64,000 bases of DNA from Pseudomonadota bacterium (GTDB lineage Bacteria; Tectomicrobia; Entotheonellia; Entotheonellales; Entotheonellaceae): NCBI GenBank assembly GCA_005777235.1, contig SXND01000007.1:5694-69693 (forward strand), written 5' to 3'. A program made the translations under genes and the position numbers. Positions 8,728-19,134 of the stretch are shown here, piece after piece (position 1 is the first letter of the stretch; each line of letters opens with the position of its first letter). A model generated the notes under the pieces. It did not search any database. It saw only the letters and a program-made list of their open reading frames with translations, and was not told where the DNA came from.

Positions 8728-10552
8728 GCAGCGCTTCCTCCATCCGAGAACGCACATCTCGTAGCTTTTGTTCTATGGCGGGATTGTCCGGTTTGAGGCT
8801 GAGGGATTTTTCCCAGGCTTGGCGTGCTTCCGGCAGACGCTGCATCTGGAGGTAGGCATCCCCCAGGTGTTCTTGCATGGTCGGATCATCTGGGATGGCG
8901 GCTACGGCTTTTTCAAGCTCAAAAAGGGCTTTTTCATACCAACCTTTCTTGAAGAAGGCCCAGCCCAGACTGTCAATGAAATAACCGTTGCCGGGTTCGA
9001 GTATGAGGGCCTGCTGGATAATCTCTACCGATTCGTCGAGGCGAATACCGCGCTCAGCATACATATAGCCGAGATAATTGAGGGCGCTGGCGTGTTTGGC
9101 ATCCAGTGCAATGGTGCGTTGCATGTGCGCCACGGAGGCATCGAATTCCCCCAGCTTTTCATACACCACACCCAGATTGAAATGGTACGTCGCGTTATTG
9201 GCTTCCAGCTCGACAGCGCGCCGCAGACTCGTAATGGCCTCGGCATACGCCTTCTGTTCCGCTTGCGCCAACCCGAGGTAGAAGTGCGCCCCAGGATGGG
9301 CAGGATCGAGGGCGACCGCCTGGCTCAGGGCCGCCACCGCTTGTGGCAGATTGCCGAGACGTTCGTACACATGCCCCAGATGTAACTGCATTTCGAGGGA
9401 CGTGGGTTGCAAAGCCAGGCCGCGCTGAATCACGGGCAAGGCCTCGTCGTAGCGCTTCATGTCTTCGTAGACTAGCGCCAGATAGTAGTGCGCATCGGCG
9501 TTGTTGGGCTCATCCGCGATGACGCCCTGTAACAGGGGAAGGGCTTTCTCCCCCTCGCGTTGTTCCAGATAAATCTGCCCTAAGCGTAAACGCAACCGCA
9601 CGTTATTGGGATCGACGTGGCGCAGCTCTTCGTACGTGCTGGATGCCTCCGCCAGGTTGTTCTGCTGCAGATACACTTCACCCAGCCGTTGATGGATCAT
9701 ATGGTTCTGCGGATTCAGGGTCAGCACGCGGCGATAGAGGTCAAGGGCCTCCTCGTAGCGCTTCTGCACTTCGTAGACGGTGCCCAACACCCCAAGCGCC
9801 CGCTCAAAGGACGGTTGCTGCGCAATGACGCGCTTGAGGAGCTCTTCAGCTTGCGCATAGTCACCCTTTTCGGCATATAAACGCCCCAGCTCATACAGCC
9901 CCTTGATGGATGTCGGATGGCGTTGGAGCAACTCTTGAAAGACGGTGATCGCCTCGGTAGATTGGTTGGTCGCCAAGAAAAAAACCCCCAGATAAATGTA
10001 GCCTTCTTCCTCACTGGGGTCGAGCGCAATGGCTTTCCGAAAGGCCGTCTGTGCCTGGGTCTTGTGTTGTAAATTGGCACGAATCTGTCCCAACAAGATA
10101 TAGGCGTGGGCTGCATCAGGCTCACGCTGCAGCGCCTGTTCGCAGGACTGCAAGGCGGCCTGCATATCCCCGCGCCGCATCTGTAAACGCGCTAACTCCA
10201 GATATAAGAAGGCCGTCTGTGGCTGCACGGCGAGCGCTTGTCGGAGTTCCGTGATGGCTTCGTCCAGCGCGACCTCCGCGGCATGCCCGCGCAAGGCCGC
10301 GTGGCTCAGCATGAAATGGTAGTAGCCCGCGCTCCGCCGCATGATCTCATCACTAGTGAGGACGGTGCGGTCCTGCGTCGGTGCCGGGTCAACCCCCGGC
10401 TCCGACTGCGCCATGTACGCTACCGCACAACTACTACACAGCAGCAGCAAGCTGACCCCACTGAGCCAGACGCCATACCGCAACCATAGCCGACAACGTA
10501 TGGCCACTCTCTTCCTCCCTGCCTTCATGACCTTACCCTTCTTGTTTGCCAT
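8699..10552 (-). CDS. tetratricopeptide (TPR) repeat protein with an N-terminal membrane anchor or signal
   Basis: 617-aa ORF with a hydrophobic N-terminus (LSGVSLLLLCSSCAV). More than 12 consecutive 34-residue TPR-like units follow, with a recurring A..Y..LG..Y...G....A pattern. Confidence 0.8.
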   Translation of the reverse strand: MANKKGKVMKAGRKRVAIRCRLWLRYGVWLSGVSLLLLCSSCAVAYMAQSEPGVDPAPTQDRTVLTSDEIMRRSAGYYHFMLSHAALRGHAAEVALDEAITELRQALAVQPQTAFLYLELARLQMRRGDMQAALQSCEQALQREPDAAHAYILLGQIRANLQHKTQAQTAFRKAIALDPSEEEGYIYLGVFFLATNQSTEAITVFQELLQRHPTSIKGLYELGRLYAEKGDYAQAEELLKRVIAQQPSFERALGVLGTVYEVQKRYEEALDLYRRVLTLNPQNHMIHQRLGEVYLQQNNLAEASSTYEELRHVDPNNVRLRLRLGQIYLEQREGEKALPLLQGVIADEPNNADAHYYLALVYEDMKRYDEALPVIQRGLALQPTSLEMQLHLGHVYERLGNLPQAVAALSQAVALDPAHPGAHFYLGLAQAEQKAYAEAITSLRRAVELEANNATYHFNLGVVYEKLGEFDASVAHMQRTIALDAKHASALNYLGYMYAERGIRLDESVEIIQQALILEPGNGYFIDSLGWAFFKKGWYEKALFELEKAVAAIPDDPTMQEHLGDAYLQMQRLPEARQAWEKSLSLKPDNPAIEQKLRDVRSRMEEALHGAPEPQRP

Positions 10553-11034
10553 CCCTGCTTCCAGGCGCGCCGCACGGCCTCTCGCAGCTCTTCGTCAGCA
10601 ATGATGGCGGTGTTGTCCTCCACATATTGCTCTTCGACGGCGGTCAGTGGTGCGGACACCAGCACTACCGTGGGCCGGGGAGGCAGGGGTTGCCGGAAAG
10701 CAGATTGCGCCAAGACGAAATGGAGTTTCGTGACGGGTACGTCCCCAAGAGTCTGGCGAATCTTCGTGAGCAACAAGGCTTGGTAGAACAGTAGATTGTG
10801 CATCCACAGGGAGTCGCGGACGGCGATAAATAACACCCGTCCCCGGATGCGCTCAGGCCGCGTCACCCCCACCAACATGGGACCAGCGATCGTCGGCCAG
10901 GCGCGCAGCATCTGGCTGATCACCACGATATTCCCCAAACCACGTTTCCGTAGCGTCTCTGCCAAGATCACGCCAAGGACTTGGAAGGTGCCAGCCTGCG
11001 AGGGAAGTTCCTCTTCCATGCGTATCGTGTCCAT
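10525..11034 (-). CDS. DUF721 / DciA-like protein (putative replicative-helicase operator)
   Basis: The segment LRAWPTIAGPMLVGVTRPERIRGRVLFIAVRDSLWMHNLLFYQALLLTKIRQTLG matches the DUF721 pattern as I remember it (W..IvG..la..t.p..l..g.L.v.v.s..w..eL). Confidence 0.55.
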   Translation of the reverse strand: MDTIRMEEELPSQAGTFQVLGVILAETLRKRGLGNIVVISQMLRAWPTIAGPMLVGVTRPERIRGRVLFIAVRDSLWMHNLLFYQALLLTKIRQTLGDVPVTKLHFVLAQSAFRQPLPPRPTVVLVSAPLTAVEEQYVEDNTAIIADEELREAVRRAWKQGWQTRRVRS

Positions 11035-11061
11035 CGAGGATTGTCTGCCTTCTTGCCTGTC

Positions 11062-11757
11062 TCACTCTGGCAACGCCAGTGCCAATTGTGACGCAATGGC
11101 CTGCATCACCTCTTCGACAATGGCCACAGAGGTTGCTTTGCTATCCGGCTGCGTATAATACCCCTGCACGTCAAGCGGCGGTCCATACCGTATGGACACA
11201 GGGGCACGGCCACGGAAGGGACGTTTGAGATGGGCCAGAATACGATCTGTCCCGACAATCGCGGTAGGAATCACCACAGGCTGCGCCGCATAAATGAGCT
11301 TCCCAACTGTGCGGTTCCCCTCTTGTAAGCGACCATCGCGACTCCGTGTCCCTTCTGGAAAGAGCATCATGGTGTCGGTGCGCATGTGGTGTATCATACG
11401 GCGCATCGCCCAGCGGTCATGCTGTCCACGGCGGACAGGAAACACCCCTAAGGGCGTCAGGAAAGCGCTCATCCAACGCGAGCCAAAGAGTTCGGCTTTG
11501 GCTGGAGCCCACACGATCGTGGCCCTGTGCGTGGCAAGGATGGTATATGGCAGTAAAATAGTGTCAAAGGCTGAGATATGATTGCTCACAAACACCACAC
11601 CGCCCTGGCGTGGGATGTGCTCGATGCCCGTCATCTGCACGCGACAGCACAGCGCGAAAAACCACCGCGTTGCCGTATACGCGATGAGAAACCATAGATA
11701 TCCTATCCAGGACTTATGGGCGACAGGGTGTGACGATGGTGGGCGATGCTCATTCAC
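11062..11757 (-). CDS. plsC: 1-acyl-sn-glycerol-3-phosphate acyltransferase family protein
   Basis: Contains the acyltransferase motifs NHISAFD and FPEGTRSRDG. The track ORF extends to 11958 and overlaps manC, so I propose the GTG start at 11757. The start is uncertain. Confidence 0.7.
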   Translation of the reverse strand: MNEHRPPSSHPVAHKSWIGYLWFLIAYTATRWFFALCCRVQMTGIEHIPRQGGVVFVSNHISAFDTILLPYTILATHRATIVWAPAKAELFGSRWMSAFLTPLGVFPVRRGQHDRWAMRRMIHHMRTDTMMLFPEGTRSRDGRLQEGNRTVGKLIYAAQPVVIPTAIVGTDRILAHLKRPFRGRAPVSIRYGPPLDVQGYYTQPDSKATSVAIVEEVMQAIASQLALALPE

Positions 11758-11906
11758 TATAAGTCTATGTAACGCAAGATGTTGTACGAGAGAATACCCT
11801 CTGCGAATCTCGCTGTGAGTATAGCCTTGACAGGCAAGATATGCAATCCTAAGAAAGCACCCAGCAGACCTTGTGCCTGCAAACCTCGTGATGTGAGAGT
11901 AACCCC

Positions 11907-12992
11907 ATGGATATGACGTCTCTCTATGCAGTCGTGCTGGCCGGTGGCAGCGGTACACGATTTTGGCCCGTCAGCCGGGCTCATCTCCCGAAGCAATTTC
12001 TGACCTTGGAAGGCACACAGTCGCTCTTGCAAGCGACGGTGAGTCGCATTGCGCCACTCATCGCGCCACAGCGTACCTATGTCGTCACTGCCGCGCCCTT
12101 GCAGCCCCAAACCGTGGCCCAGTTGCCCGCCGTGCCCATCGCCAATATCCTCAGTGAGCCGATGGGGCGCAATACGGCCGCGGCGATCGGCTTGGCCGCC
12201 TGGCATCTCCAGAACCTGGACCCAGCAGCCCTGATGGTGGTCTTACCCGCCGATCATGCGATTGCGGATGGGACCGCGTTTTGTGACAGTGTGCAGCAAG
12301 CCGCCGCCACCGTGCTGCAGACCGACAGGCTGATGACTTTTGGTGTACAACCGACCTATCCCGCAACCGGCTACGGGTATATTGAAGTGGGGGCCGAGCT
12401 GGGCATCTCTGAAGCACCGCGTGCCGCCGAGGTCACCCGGTTCCAGGAAAAACCAACCGCCGAGGTTGCCGCCCAGTTGATGGCCTCACAACGCTATCTG
12501 TGGAATTGCGGTATTTTTCTGTGGCGCGCGGCGACCATTGCACGCGAACTACGCACCCATATGCCGGCGCTGGCGCACCAGCTCGATGTCTATATGGCCG
12601 CGCTCCAGGCTGGCGCTGCTCCAGAGGTACTGCAGACGCTCTATCAACAACTGCCGAGTCTACCCATCGACATCGGTGTCCTCGAACCATCCTCCTGTGT
12701 CGGGGTACTCCCAGTAACGTGGGCCTGGAGCGATGTCGGCAGCTGGGGGGCTTTGCGGGATCTCCACCCGGCAGACGCCGCGGGAAATGTGGCGGTGGGG
12801 CACCATATCGGCCACGGGACGACCAACGCCGTGGTCTATAGCCCGCACCGCCTGGTGGTCACGATTGGAGTGTCGGATGTGATTATTGTGCAGACGGATG
12901 ATGTCCTGTTGGTCTGTCATAAAGATCAGGATCAAGCGGTGCGTGAGGTCGTGCAGTTGTTACAGCAACGCGGTGAGACCACCTATCTCTAA
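11907..12992 (+). CDS. manC: mannose-1-phosphate guanylyltransferase family (nucleotidyltransferase domain only)
   Basis: Contains VLAGGSGTRFWPVSR and EKP motifs. Length is 361 aa. Confidence 0.8.
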   Translation: MDMTSLYAVVLAGGSGTRFWPVSRAHLPKQFLTLEGTQSLLQATVSRIAPLIAPQRTYVVTAAPLQPQTVAQLPAVPIANILSEPMGRNTAAAIGLAAWHLQNLDPAALMVVLPADHAIADGTAFCDSVQQAAATVLQTDRLMTFGVQPTYPATGYGYIEVGAELGISEAPRAAEVTRFQEKPTAEVAAQLMASQRYLWNCGIFLWRAATIARELRTHMPALAHQLDVYMAALQAGAAPEVLQTLYQQLPSLPIDIGVLEPSSCVGVLPVTWAWSDVGSWGALRDLHPADAAGNVAVGHHIGHGTTNAVVYSPHRLVVTIGVSDVIIVQTDDVLLVCHKDQDQAVREVVQLLQQRGETTYL

Positions 12993-13013
12993 TACCCTGA
13001 GGCTTTCAGGCTG

Positions 13014-13460
13014 TCACCCTGTCTGCTGGGTGAGCCAGTGGCAGGCGGCCTGGAGCGCGAGGCTGTAACCGTGATGGCCAAAACCAATGACCTGGCCGAG
13101 GGCGATATCGGCGAGATACGAGTGATGCCGAAAGGGCTCACGCTGGTGCACGTTGGAGAGATGGACTTCGATGGTCGGCAACCCGACGCCGAGGATGGCA
13201 TCGCGCAACGCCACGCTGGTATGCGTGTACGCCCCAGGGTTGATGATGAGGAGCGCCGCACCGACACCGTGCTGCTGAATATACTCGACGAGCGCGCCCT
13301 CATGATTGGATTGAAAGGTGTCGAGGACATGCCCCGCGGCGGCGGCGAGCGGTACAAGCGCCTGATGAATGTCCGTCAGCGACATAGAGCCATACAGTCC
13401 AGGCTCACGGGTGCCCAGTAGATTGAGATTGGGACCATGCAACACCAGAATCCGTGCCAT
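13014..13460 (-). CDS. aroQ: type II 3-dehydroquinate dehydratase
   Basis: Contains [24 protein letters not shown] and [16 protein letters not shown]. The ATG at 13460 overlaps the stop of the upstream ORF (ATGA). Confidence 0.9.
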   Translation of the reverse strand: MARILVLHGPNLNLLGTREPGLYGSMSLTDIHQALVPLAAAAGHVLDTFQSNHEGALVEYIQQHGVGAALLIINPGAYTHTSVALRDAILGVGLPTIEVHLSNVHQREPFRHHSYLADIALGQVIGFGHHGYSLALQAACHWLTQQTG

Positions 13461-13843
13461 CAGCTCTCCCCCTGGTGCGCCTGCGGCCGCCTCGTAGGCT
13501 GCAGAGACGGTGTTTGGAGGTACTGCAGCCAACGTTCGAGGTGCGTCAGCACGTACTGGTGCGTCGTAGGCCCGGGACTGCTGTGCGGGGTCAGAGGCAT
13601 CGCAGATACGCTGGCCTGCCCGCCGGCCTCCTGGCCCAGGAGGCCGAGGGCGATCTCTTGCTCCACGCTCTGTAGACGAGCTTGCAGGGCGTGATTCCCT
13701 GGTTGCTCCTGTGCCACACGGCGATAGATCACCAGGGCGTGCTCGATAAAACCTTGTTTGAGATACAAGCGCGCCAGCGTTTCTGTATAGATACCGGTTG
13801 CCAGCGTACGGACTGCAGACGTCTCGCCTGCTATCTCAGCCAT
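13460..13843 (-). CDS. hypothetical protein (127 aa), one TPR-like helix pair
   Basis: This ORF lies between aroB and aroQ, and its stop overlaps the aroQ start. I recognise no family. Coding status is inferred from position and coupling only. Confidence 0.4.
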   Translation of the reverse strand: MAEIAGETSAVRTLATGIYTETLARLYLKQGFIEHALVIYRRVAQEQPGNHALQARLQSVEQEIALGLLGQEAGGQASVSAMPLTPHSSPGPTTHQYVLTHLERWLQYLQTPSLQPTRRPQAHQGES

Positions 13844-13893
13844 GGGGCTCCCTCCCTACTCCCCCGCAGGTCGCACGGCGCACCATGTGGACC

Positions 13894-14991
13894 TTAGGCA
13901 TACTCCGCCAGCAGGGGCTGTAACACTTCAACGGGCACTTGCTGGTGGAACGCGACATCACCGATGTCTTTCAAGAGTATAAAGCGCACCACGCCATTGA
14001 GGGATTTCTTGTCATGCGTCATAATCTCCAGCAGGCGCTGCGGGGGCACACCGGTATAGGTGGTAGGTAAACCCAGGGCTTCAATCAGCGCACACAGACG
14101 CGAACGTGTGGCGGGGGTGCAATAGCCGAGCCGCTCGGAGAGGATGGACACCAACGCCATACCGACCGCCACGGCTTCTCCATGGGAGTAAGCGCTGTAG
14201 ACGGTGGCCGCTTCTAAGGCATGCCCCAGCGTATGGCCAAAATTGAGAATAGCCCGCACACCCTTCTCATACGGATCTTCTTGGACAACGCGGACTTTCA
14301 CCGCAATCGCCCGTTCGATGAGCGTGGTCAGCACGGCATCCTCACGCTGCCGTATCGCCTCAATATGCTGTTCGATAAATTGGAAGAGTTCCACGTCGCC
14401 AATGGCACCGGCTTTGACGATCTCACTCAGGCCACAGAGGTATTCCCTTTCAGGCAGCGACTGCAGCAGGGTAGTATCAGTAAAGACAGCGCGCGGCGGA
14501 TAGAACGCGCCGATGAGATTTTTCCCGAGTTTGTGATCGACCGCAGTTTTCCCACCCACGCTGCTATCGACCATGGCGAGCAACGAGGTGGGCATCTGCA
14601 CCAAAGGGATGCCACGCATATACGTCGCCGCCACAAAACCAGCCAGATCCCCAATCACCCCCCCACCGAGGGCGCACATCACGCTGTGCCGGTCGGCCCC
14701 GCCACGCGCTAAGCGCGTAAAGAGACGTGAGGCACTGAGCAGGGTCTTACTCCGCTCACCCTCAGGCACCAGGCAGGCTTCTACCGCAAACCCTGCCGCC
14801 CGGAGACTCTCCTCGACGGGCGCACCATACAGTTTGTAGAGGGAGGGATGTGACAGGAGGAAGGCTTTCCGCCCTGCGGTCAAGGCTTGGATCTTCTCAC
14901 CAACCTGGTGTAATACCCCAGGGCCGAGATGAATGTCGTATTGCTCTGTGGCAGAGCGCACGGCGATGCAATGATAACGTGTTGCGGACAT
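13894..14991 (-). CDS. aroB: 3-dehydroquinate synthase
   Basis: Contains GGGVIGDLAGFVAATYMRGIPLVQMPTSLLAMVDSSVGGKTAV. The start is taken at ATG 14991, preceded by GGGAGAG. The track ORF extends to 15066. Confidence 0.9.
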   Translation of the reverse strand: MSATRYHCIAVRSATEQYDIHLGPGVLHQVGEKIQALTAGRKAFLLSHPSLYKLYGAPVEESLRAAGFAVEACLVPEGERSKTLLSASRLFTRLARGGADRHSVMCALGGGVIGDLAGFVAATYMRGIPLVQMPTSLLAMVDSSVGGKTAVDHKLGKNLIGAFYPPRAVFTDTTLLQSLPEREYLCGLSEIVKAGAIGDVELFQFIEQHIEAIRQREDAVLTTLIERAIAVKVRVVQEDPYEKGVRAILNFGHTLGHALEAATVYSAYSHGEAVAVGMALVSILSERLGYCTPATRSRLCALIEALGLPTTYTGVPPQRLLEIMTHDKKSLNGVVRFILLKDIGDVAFHQQVPVEVLQPLLAEYA

Positions 14992-15025
14992 AAAGCTCTC
15001 TCCCTCTGCTTGTGACGCACCTCTC

Positions 15026-17415
15026 TCAGTACGACAGGGTGGCGCGACGTTTACCTGTCGATTCATCTTGCCGTATGATACGTGGCGTCAGAAAAATGAG
15101 CAATTCATCACTTTCGTCCTGCTCTTGATCCTTACGGAAGAGCCAACCGAGCACAGGGAGACTCGATAATCCTGGAATGCCAGCACGGTTGGATTGGATG
15201 GTGCGGCGGTAGAGACCACCGATCACGACCGTATCGCCGTCTTTAACCAACATGTCGGTATTGGCTTCACGGGTGGTAATCGTCGGAATCCCGTTGACGA
15301 CACGGGAGAAATCCGCCTCGTTCTTGGTCGCGGTGATTTTCATCCCGATGAAGTCATTGGGGGTGACATGTGGCGTGACTTTCAAGGTAATACTTGCATC
15401 CACAAAGTCCGTCCGGGTGCCTTCAGCGGAAGTCGTCTGGACCGGGATCTTCCGTCCGCTCTGGATCTGCGCTTCCGTGTTATCTAACGTGGCAATTTTC
15501 GGGCTGGAAATAATCTTGCCACGCCCTGACGATTCAAGCGCTGACAATTGGGCATCAAGCACCGAGCCACCGATACTCGCCAGGGAAAAGCCAATGGCGC
15601 CGCCTGCACCGGTCGCAACGGCGGCGGGGAGATCCAGCAAGAAATTCGCCGGAGCCGCCGGTCTCGCCAGCCCACCACCACCGCTACCGGCCGGACCGCC
15701 CCCACGGACGTCAATGCGATTTGGGAAGGCTCGGTCGGTGATTTGCGAATGCGCCAACCCCAGTTGAATGCCCAGTTCACGTAAGAAGGTGCGCGTGGAT
15801 TCGACAATACGCGCTTCGATCATCACCTGGGGCGTCGGTCGATCCAGCTTTTCGATGAGGGACAGCGCTTCAGCCAGACTTTTCTGTGTGTCCGTAATAA
15901 TCATCGTATTGGTGCGGACATCAATAATGATCGTGCCACGTTTACTCAAGATCTTTTCGAGATTAGGACGCAGCTCCTTGGCACTCGCATAATTGGCCGG
16001 CACGATGCGGGTGAGTAACGGTTCTGCCGCCACTTCGGTAATCTGGGCCTTCAAGCGCTCCTGACGTTCCGCCGTAAATTTTTCCAGAGGTGCGACCCGG
16101 ATGATGTTACCGCCACGTTCTTGTGCCAACCCGTTAATTTTGAGAATGACATCGAGCGCTTGATCCCAGGGCACATCCACCATACGGGTCGTGACTTTTC
16201 CCTGCACATCGCCCCCTGCAATAATGTTGACCTTCCCCACCTCCGCAATGAGACGTAAAATATCGTTGATATCTGCATCTTGAAAATCGAGGGAGACTTT
16301 CTCGCCTTTGTACACAGGCCCATCCGTACTGCTACTCGTAGAGATGCCCTCGCTGCGCTCCGCCACTGGCGCGCTGTCGGTACGGACGGCTGGAGCGGCA
16401 GAGGCGCCTCGGCGGACTAGAGGGGCAATTTGGGCCACGCGCGGCATGACCGGCGTCCGCGCGGCGGTGGAGGAGACACGTGTAGACGGGACAGCAGCGA
16501 GGGCCGCCGCAGGCAGTGGGCCTGGGGCACTTGCTGCTTCCACCGCCAGGGTGGGGGCTGGTTTGCTCAGGGTGAGCCGAATCGTCGTCGTATCCTGCTG
16601 CACTTCAAACGTGGCGGTAGTCTGCAAATAGACCGTGACTTTGACAGAGGGTATCGGCGTATCGGTCACGGGCAGCGCTTCCACATGTGTGACCACGCCC
16701 GCGGGATCCTGGACGGCAAGCGTTTTGTGCTGTAGAGGATCAAGAGAGGCTGGACGAATGTCGAGCGCGAGCCGTGGGGGATTGGACTGCTGTCGTACCT
16801 GGACTTGTGGGGGAGCGCCAGTGGTGACGAGGGAAAGCAGCCCACGTTGCTCGTGGGTTTCAAACGCCATCCCCGTAATGCGCGTGCCGGCAGAGGCGGC
16901 AGAGGCGGGGACAGAGTCCTCCTGGCCCGCAGGAGTTGGCACACGCGGGAGCCCAGGCGGTGGGGTCTCCACCACGTGGTTCCCAGTATCCGCCAACGTA
17001 ATGTGCAGCTGACGGCCTTGGAGTTCAACCGTATGTGTGGTCATGGCCTGCAACGCAATTTCCAAGCGGACGGCCTGTTCCTCGGGTACAAGCACAGGTT
17101 CAATATGCTGCACGATCCCAGCCACCGGCAGCGGCTGGGGTAAGGGGCCGAAAGTTGCTCGAGGGAACGTGAGGACCAGACGGGGGGGGTAGGGAAGGCC
17201 ACTGCTGTATATTCCACCACGGCGGTAGCTTGGACGACAATACGCACGTGGTCGGGCAACGTCTCCGTCGTAATTCCCGTAATCATGGCCGGGCTTCCAG
17301 GCCGCTGCACTCCTACGGCTGGCACCTGGGGCCGTGCAGGGCTACAGCCCCCACATACCAAGGTCATGGCGAGGAGTCCTATGCACACACCGACAAGACG
17401 GTGGGAGAGGTTCAC
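15026..17415 (-). pseudogene. pilQ: type IV pilus secretin PilQ, split by a 1-nt frameshift in a C8 (plus-strand G8) homopolymer
   Basis: The track gives two overlapping ORFs. ORF 17415..17041 encodes a lipoprotein signal (LVCGGCS) and the start of an AMIN domain. ORF 17125..15026 encodes the rest of the AMIN domains plus the secretin domain (IPGLSSLPVLGWLFR). Adding one C at 17182-17189 joins them as ...AFPTPPRLVLTFPRATFGPLPQPLPVAGIVQH... Confidence 0.8.
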
Positions 17416-17419
17416 GGGC

Positions 17420-18004
17420 TTATCCTTCCTTCTTGTCCTTGCGCCGAAGCGGAATCGTCAGCGTTTTAGGGACGACCTTGTTTTCCGCGTTGATGTACTC
17501 TTCCTCGATGATCAGATGATCGCTCTCAATGGCAATAACTTTCCCACCATATTTCCCCATATACGTCTCAAGAAGCGCAAAATAACTCTTGCCGTCAGGC
17601 CCTTTAATCAGCCCGGTGCGTTTTTGCACCTCGCTGACAATCCCAACGAGCTTCAGGGCCGCGAGATCAAAACGTTCCAGAGGCCCGAGCGGACGATCCT
17701 GATTACGTGGTCTGGGCTGCAAGGTATCCGGTGGCAAATCCACCAGCAACGGTGCGAGAGGATCCCGCCGGGCCTGCGCGGAATAGCGGTAGGCATCCAC
17801 GCCAGGAGACTTCTCGACCGGCGGCGGTGGTGCCGTCGGACGTCCTCGCCTCGCTCCCGGTGGCGCCTGGCTCTCGACCCCCGGTCCAGGCATCCCTAAG
17901 ACCACGCCGCACGCCAGAAGGCACACAGCAGACCATGGAGTCACCCACTGAGACCGTCGCTGCTTACTTTTTTGCACCCTTTTTCGTTGCGGCAGCCACT
18001 TCAT
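17420..18004 (-). CDS. pilP: type IV pilus assembly lipoprotein PilP
   Basis: It has the lipobox LLACG. The C-terminal beta-domain reads LERFDLAALKLVGIVSEV...GKVIAIESDHLIIEE. The start is taken at ATG 18004. Confidence 0.75.
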   Translation of the reverse strand: MKWLPQRKRVQKSKQRRSQWVTPWSAVCLLACGVVLGMPGPGVESQAPPGARRGRPTAPPPPVEKSPGVDAYRYSAQARRDPLAPLLVDLPPDTLQPRPRNQDRPLGPLERFDLAALKLVGIVSEVQKRTGLIKGPDGKSYFALLETYMGKYGGKVIAIESDHLIIEEEYINAENKVVPKTLTIPLRRKDKKEG

Positions 18005-18548
18005 TCGTTTCGGCCTCGTCAAGAAAGCGGAACGTAGTCGCCAAGCACTGCGTTTCCTGGTTCGTTGCCTCAATCTGAATGCCATCTAGGCTGATAATGC
18101 GCTCGAGATGCGCCAGATCGTCCAAAAATTGTCCAACAGCGTGATACGGACCCTTGACACGTATTTGAATGGGAATCTCGGCGTAAAATTCTTTGCGTTG
18201 CTCTAGTTGCGGCTTGATAAGATTGATCTGCAGCCCCGTGCGGACCCCGACATCGGAAATGCGCCGGATCATGCCGGGAATCTCACGGCTTTCTGGCAAT
18301 TCGCGCAGCAGAACTTTCAGCCGGCTTTCCAGCGCGGCCACCTCCGTGCGGAAGATATCCAGCTGGGCGGCGATTGTCTGATATTTCTCGATGGTTTGTA
18401 GCTTTGTGTCAATAGTCTCTTGGAGTGCCGTCATCTCTTCAGAGAATGGCTGATAGAAAAAATTCCAATACAGTGCTCCAAGGAGCAGCACCACTCCAGG
18501 GATCATCAACCAACGGTAATGGGCCGGAATCGCTTCAAACCGTTCCAT
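17964..18548 (-). CDS. pilO: type IV pilus assembly protein PilO
   Basis: 194-aa ORF with one N-terminal TM helix, then a coiled coil and a ferredoxin-like domain. Gene order is pilM-N-O-P-Q. Confidence 0.8.
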   Translation of the reverse strand: MERFEAIPAHYRWLMIPGVVLLLGALYWNFFYQPFSEEMTALQETIDTKLQTIEKYQTIAAQLDIFRTEVAALESRLKVLLRELPESREIPGMIRRISDVGVRTGLQINLIKPQLEQRKEFYAEIPIQIRVKGPYHAVGQFLDDLAHLERIISLDGIQIEATNQETQCLATTFRFLDEAETNEVAAATKKGAKK

Positions 18549-18573
18549 AGAATTCCTTGCCTCCCTCGAGATC

Positions 18574-19134
18574 CTAAGAGGCTGCCTCTTTTTTCTTTTC
18601 TCCGATATGAGCCACTACTGTAAAAGCGACCACGGAGCGCCCTTTTAAGAGTTCGGTCTTCGATTCGACCAGTTCCACAGCCCGAAAGGACGGCGCGCGT
18701 TCCAGGTTTTCCATGAACGCCGCAATGCCCACATTATCAAAAGACTTGCCGGTGATTTGTAAGCCCGCACCAGCATCTTTAATGGTCAACAGCCATATTT
18801 GCTCCGGGAGACTGGCGCTGATTTCATCAAGGAGACGAGCCGGCCGGCGCTGCTTCAGCTTGAGATCTTCAATGGCGGCGACTTTACGCACCATCAGCGC
18901 CTTACTCGTTTCGAATTTCCGCACCTCTTTGATGATTTCTTCGAGGCGTTTCAGCTCCGCGTTGAGCCTCGCTAACTCTGCTTGCCGTGCTTCGAGCGCG
19001 TCATTCTGTGCAAAGTAGCCCCAGATGCCTCCCCCGAGAGTCAGGCTCAGAGCCAGCACGGCCACTTGCACTTGGCGGCGGACTTCCACACGCCGCTGCG
19101 CTTCACGGGCGGGTAGGAGATTGATACGAATCAT
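18574..19134 (-). CDS. pilN: type IV pilus assembly protein PilN
   Basis: The N-terminus MIRINLLPAREAQRR is the conserved PilN INLLP motif. A TM helix and a coiled coil follow. Confidence 0.85.
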   Translation of the reverse strand: MIRINLLPAREAQRRVEVRRQVQVAVLALSLTLGGGIWGYFAQNDALEARQAELARLNAELKRLEEIIKEVRKFETSKALMVRKVAAIEDLKLKQRRPARLLDEISASLPEQIWLLTIKDAGAGLQITGKSFDNVGIAAFMENLERAPSFRAVELVESKTELLKGRSVVAFTVVAHIGEKKKEAAS

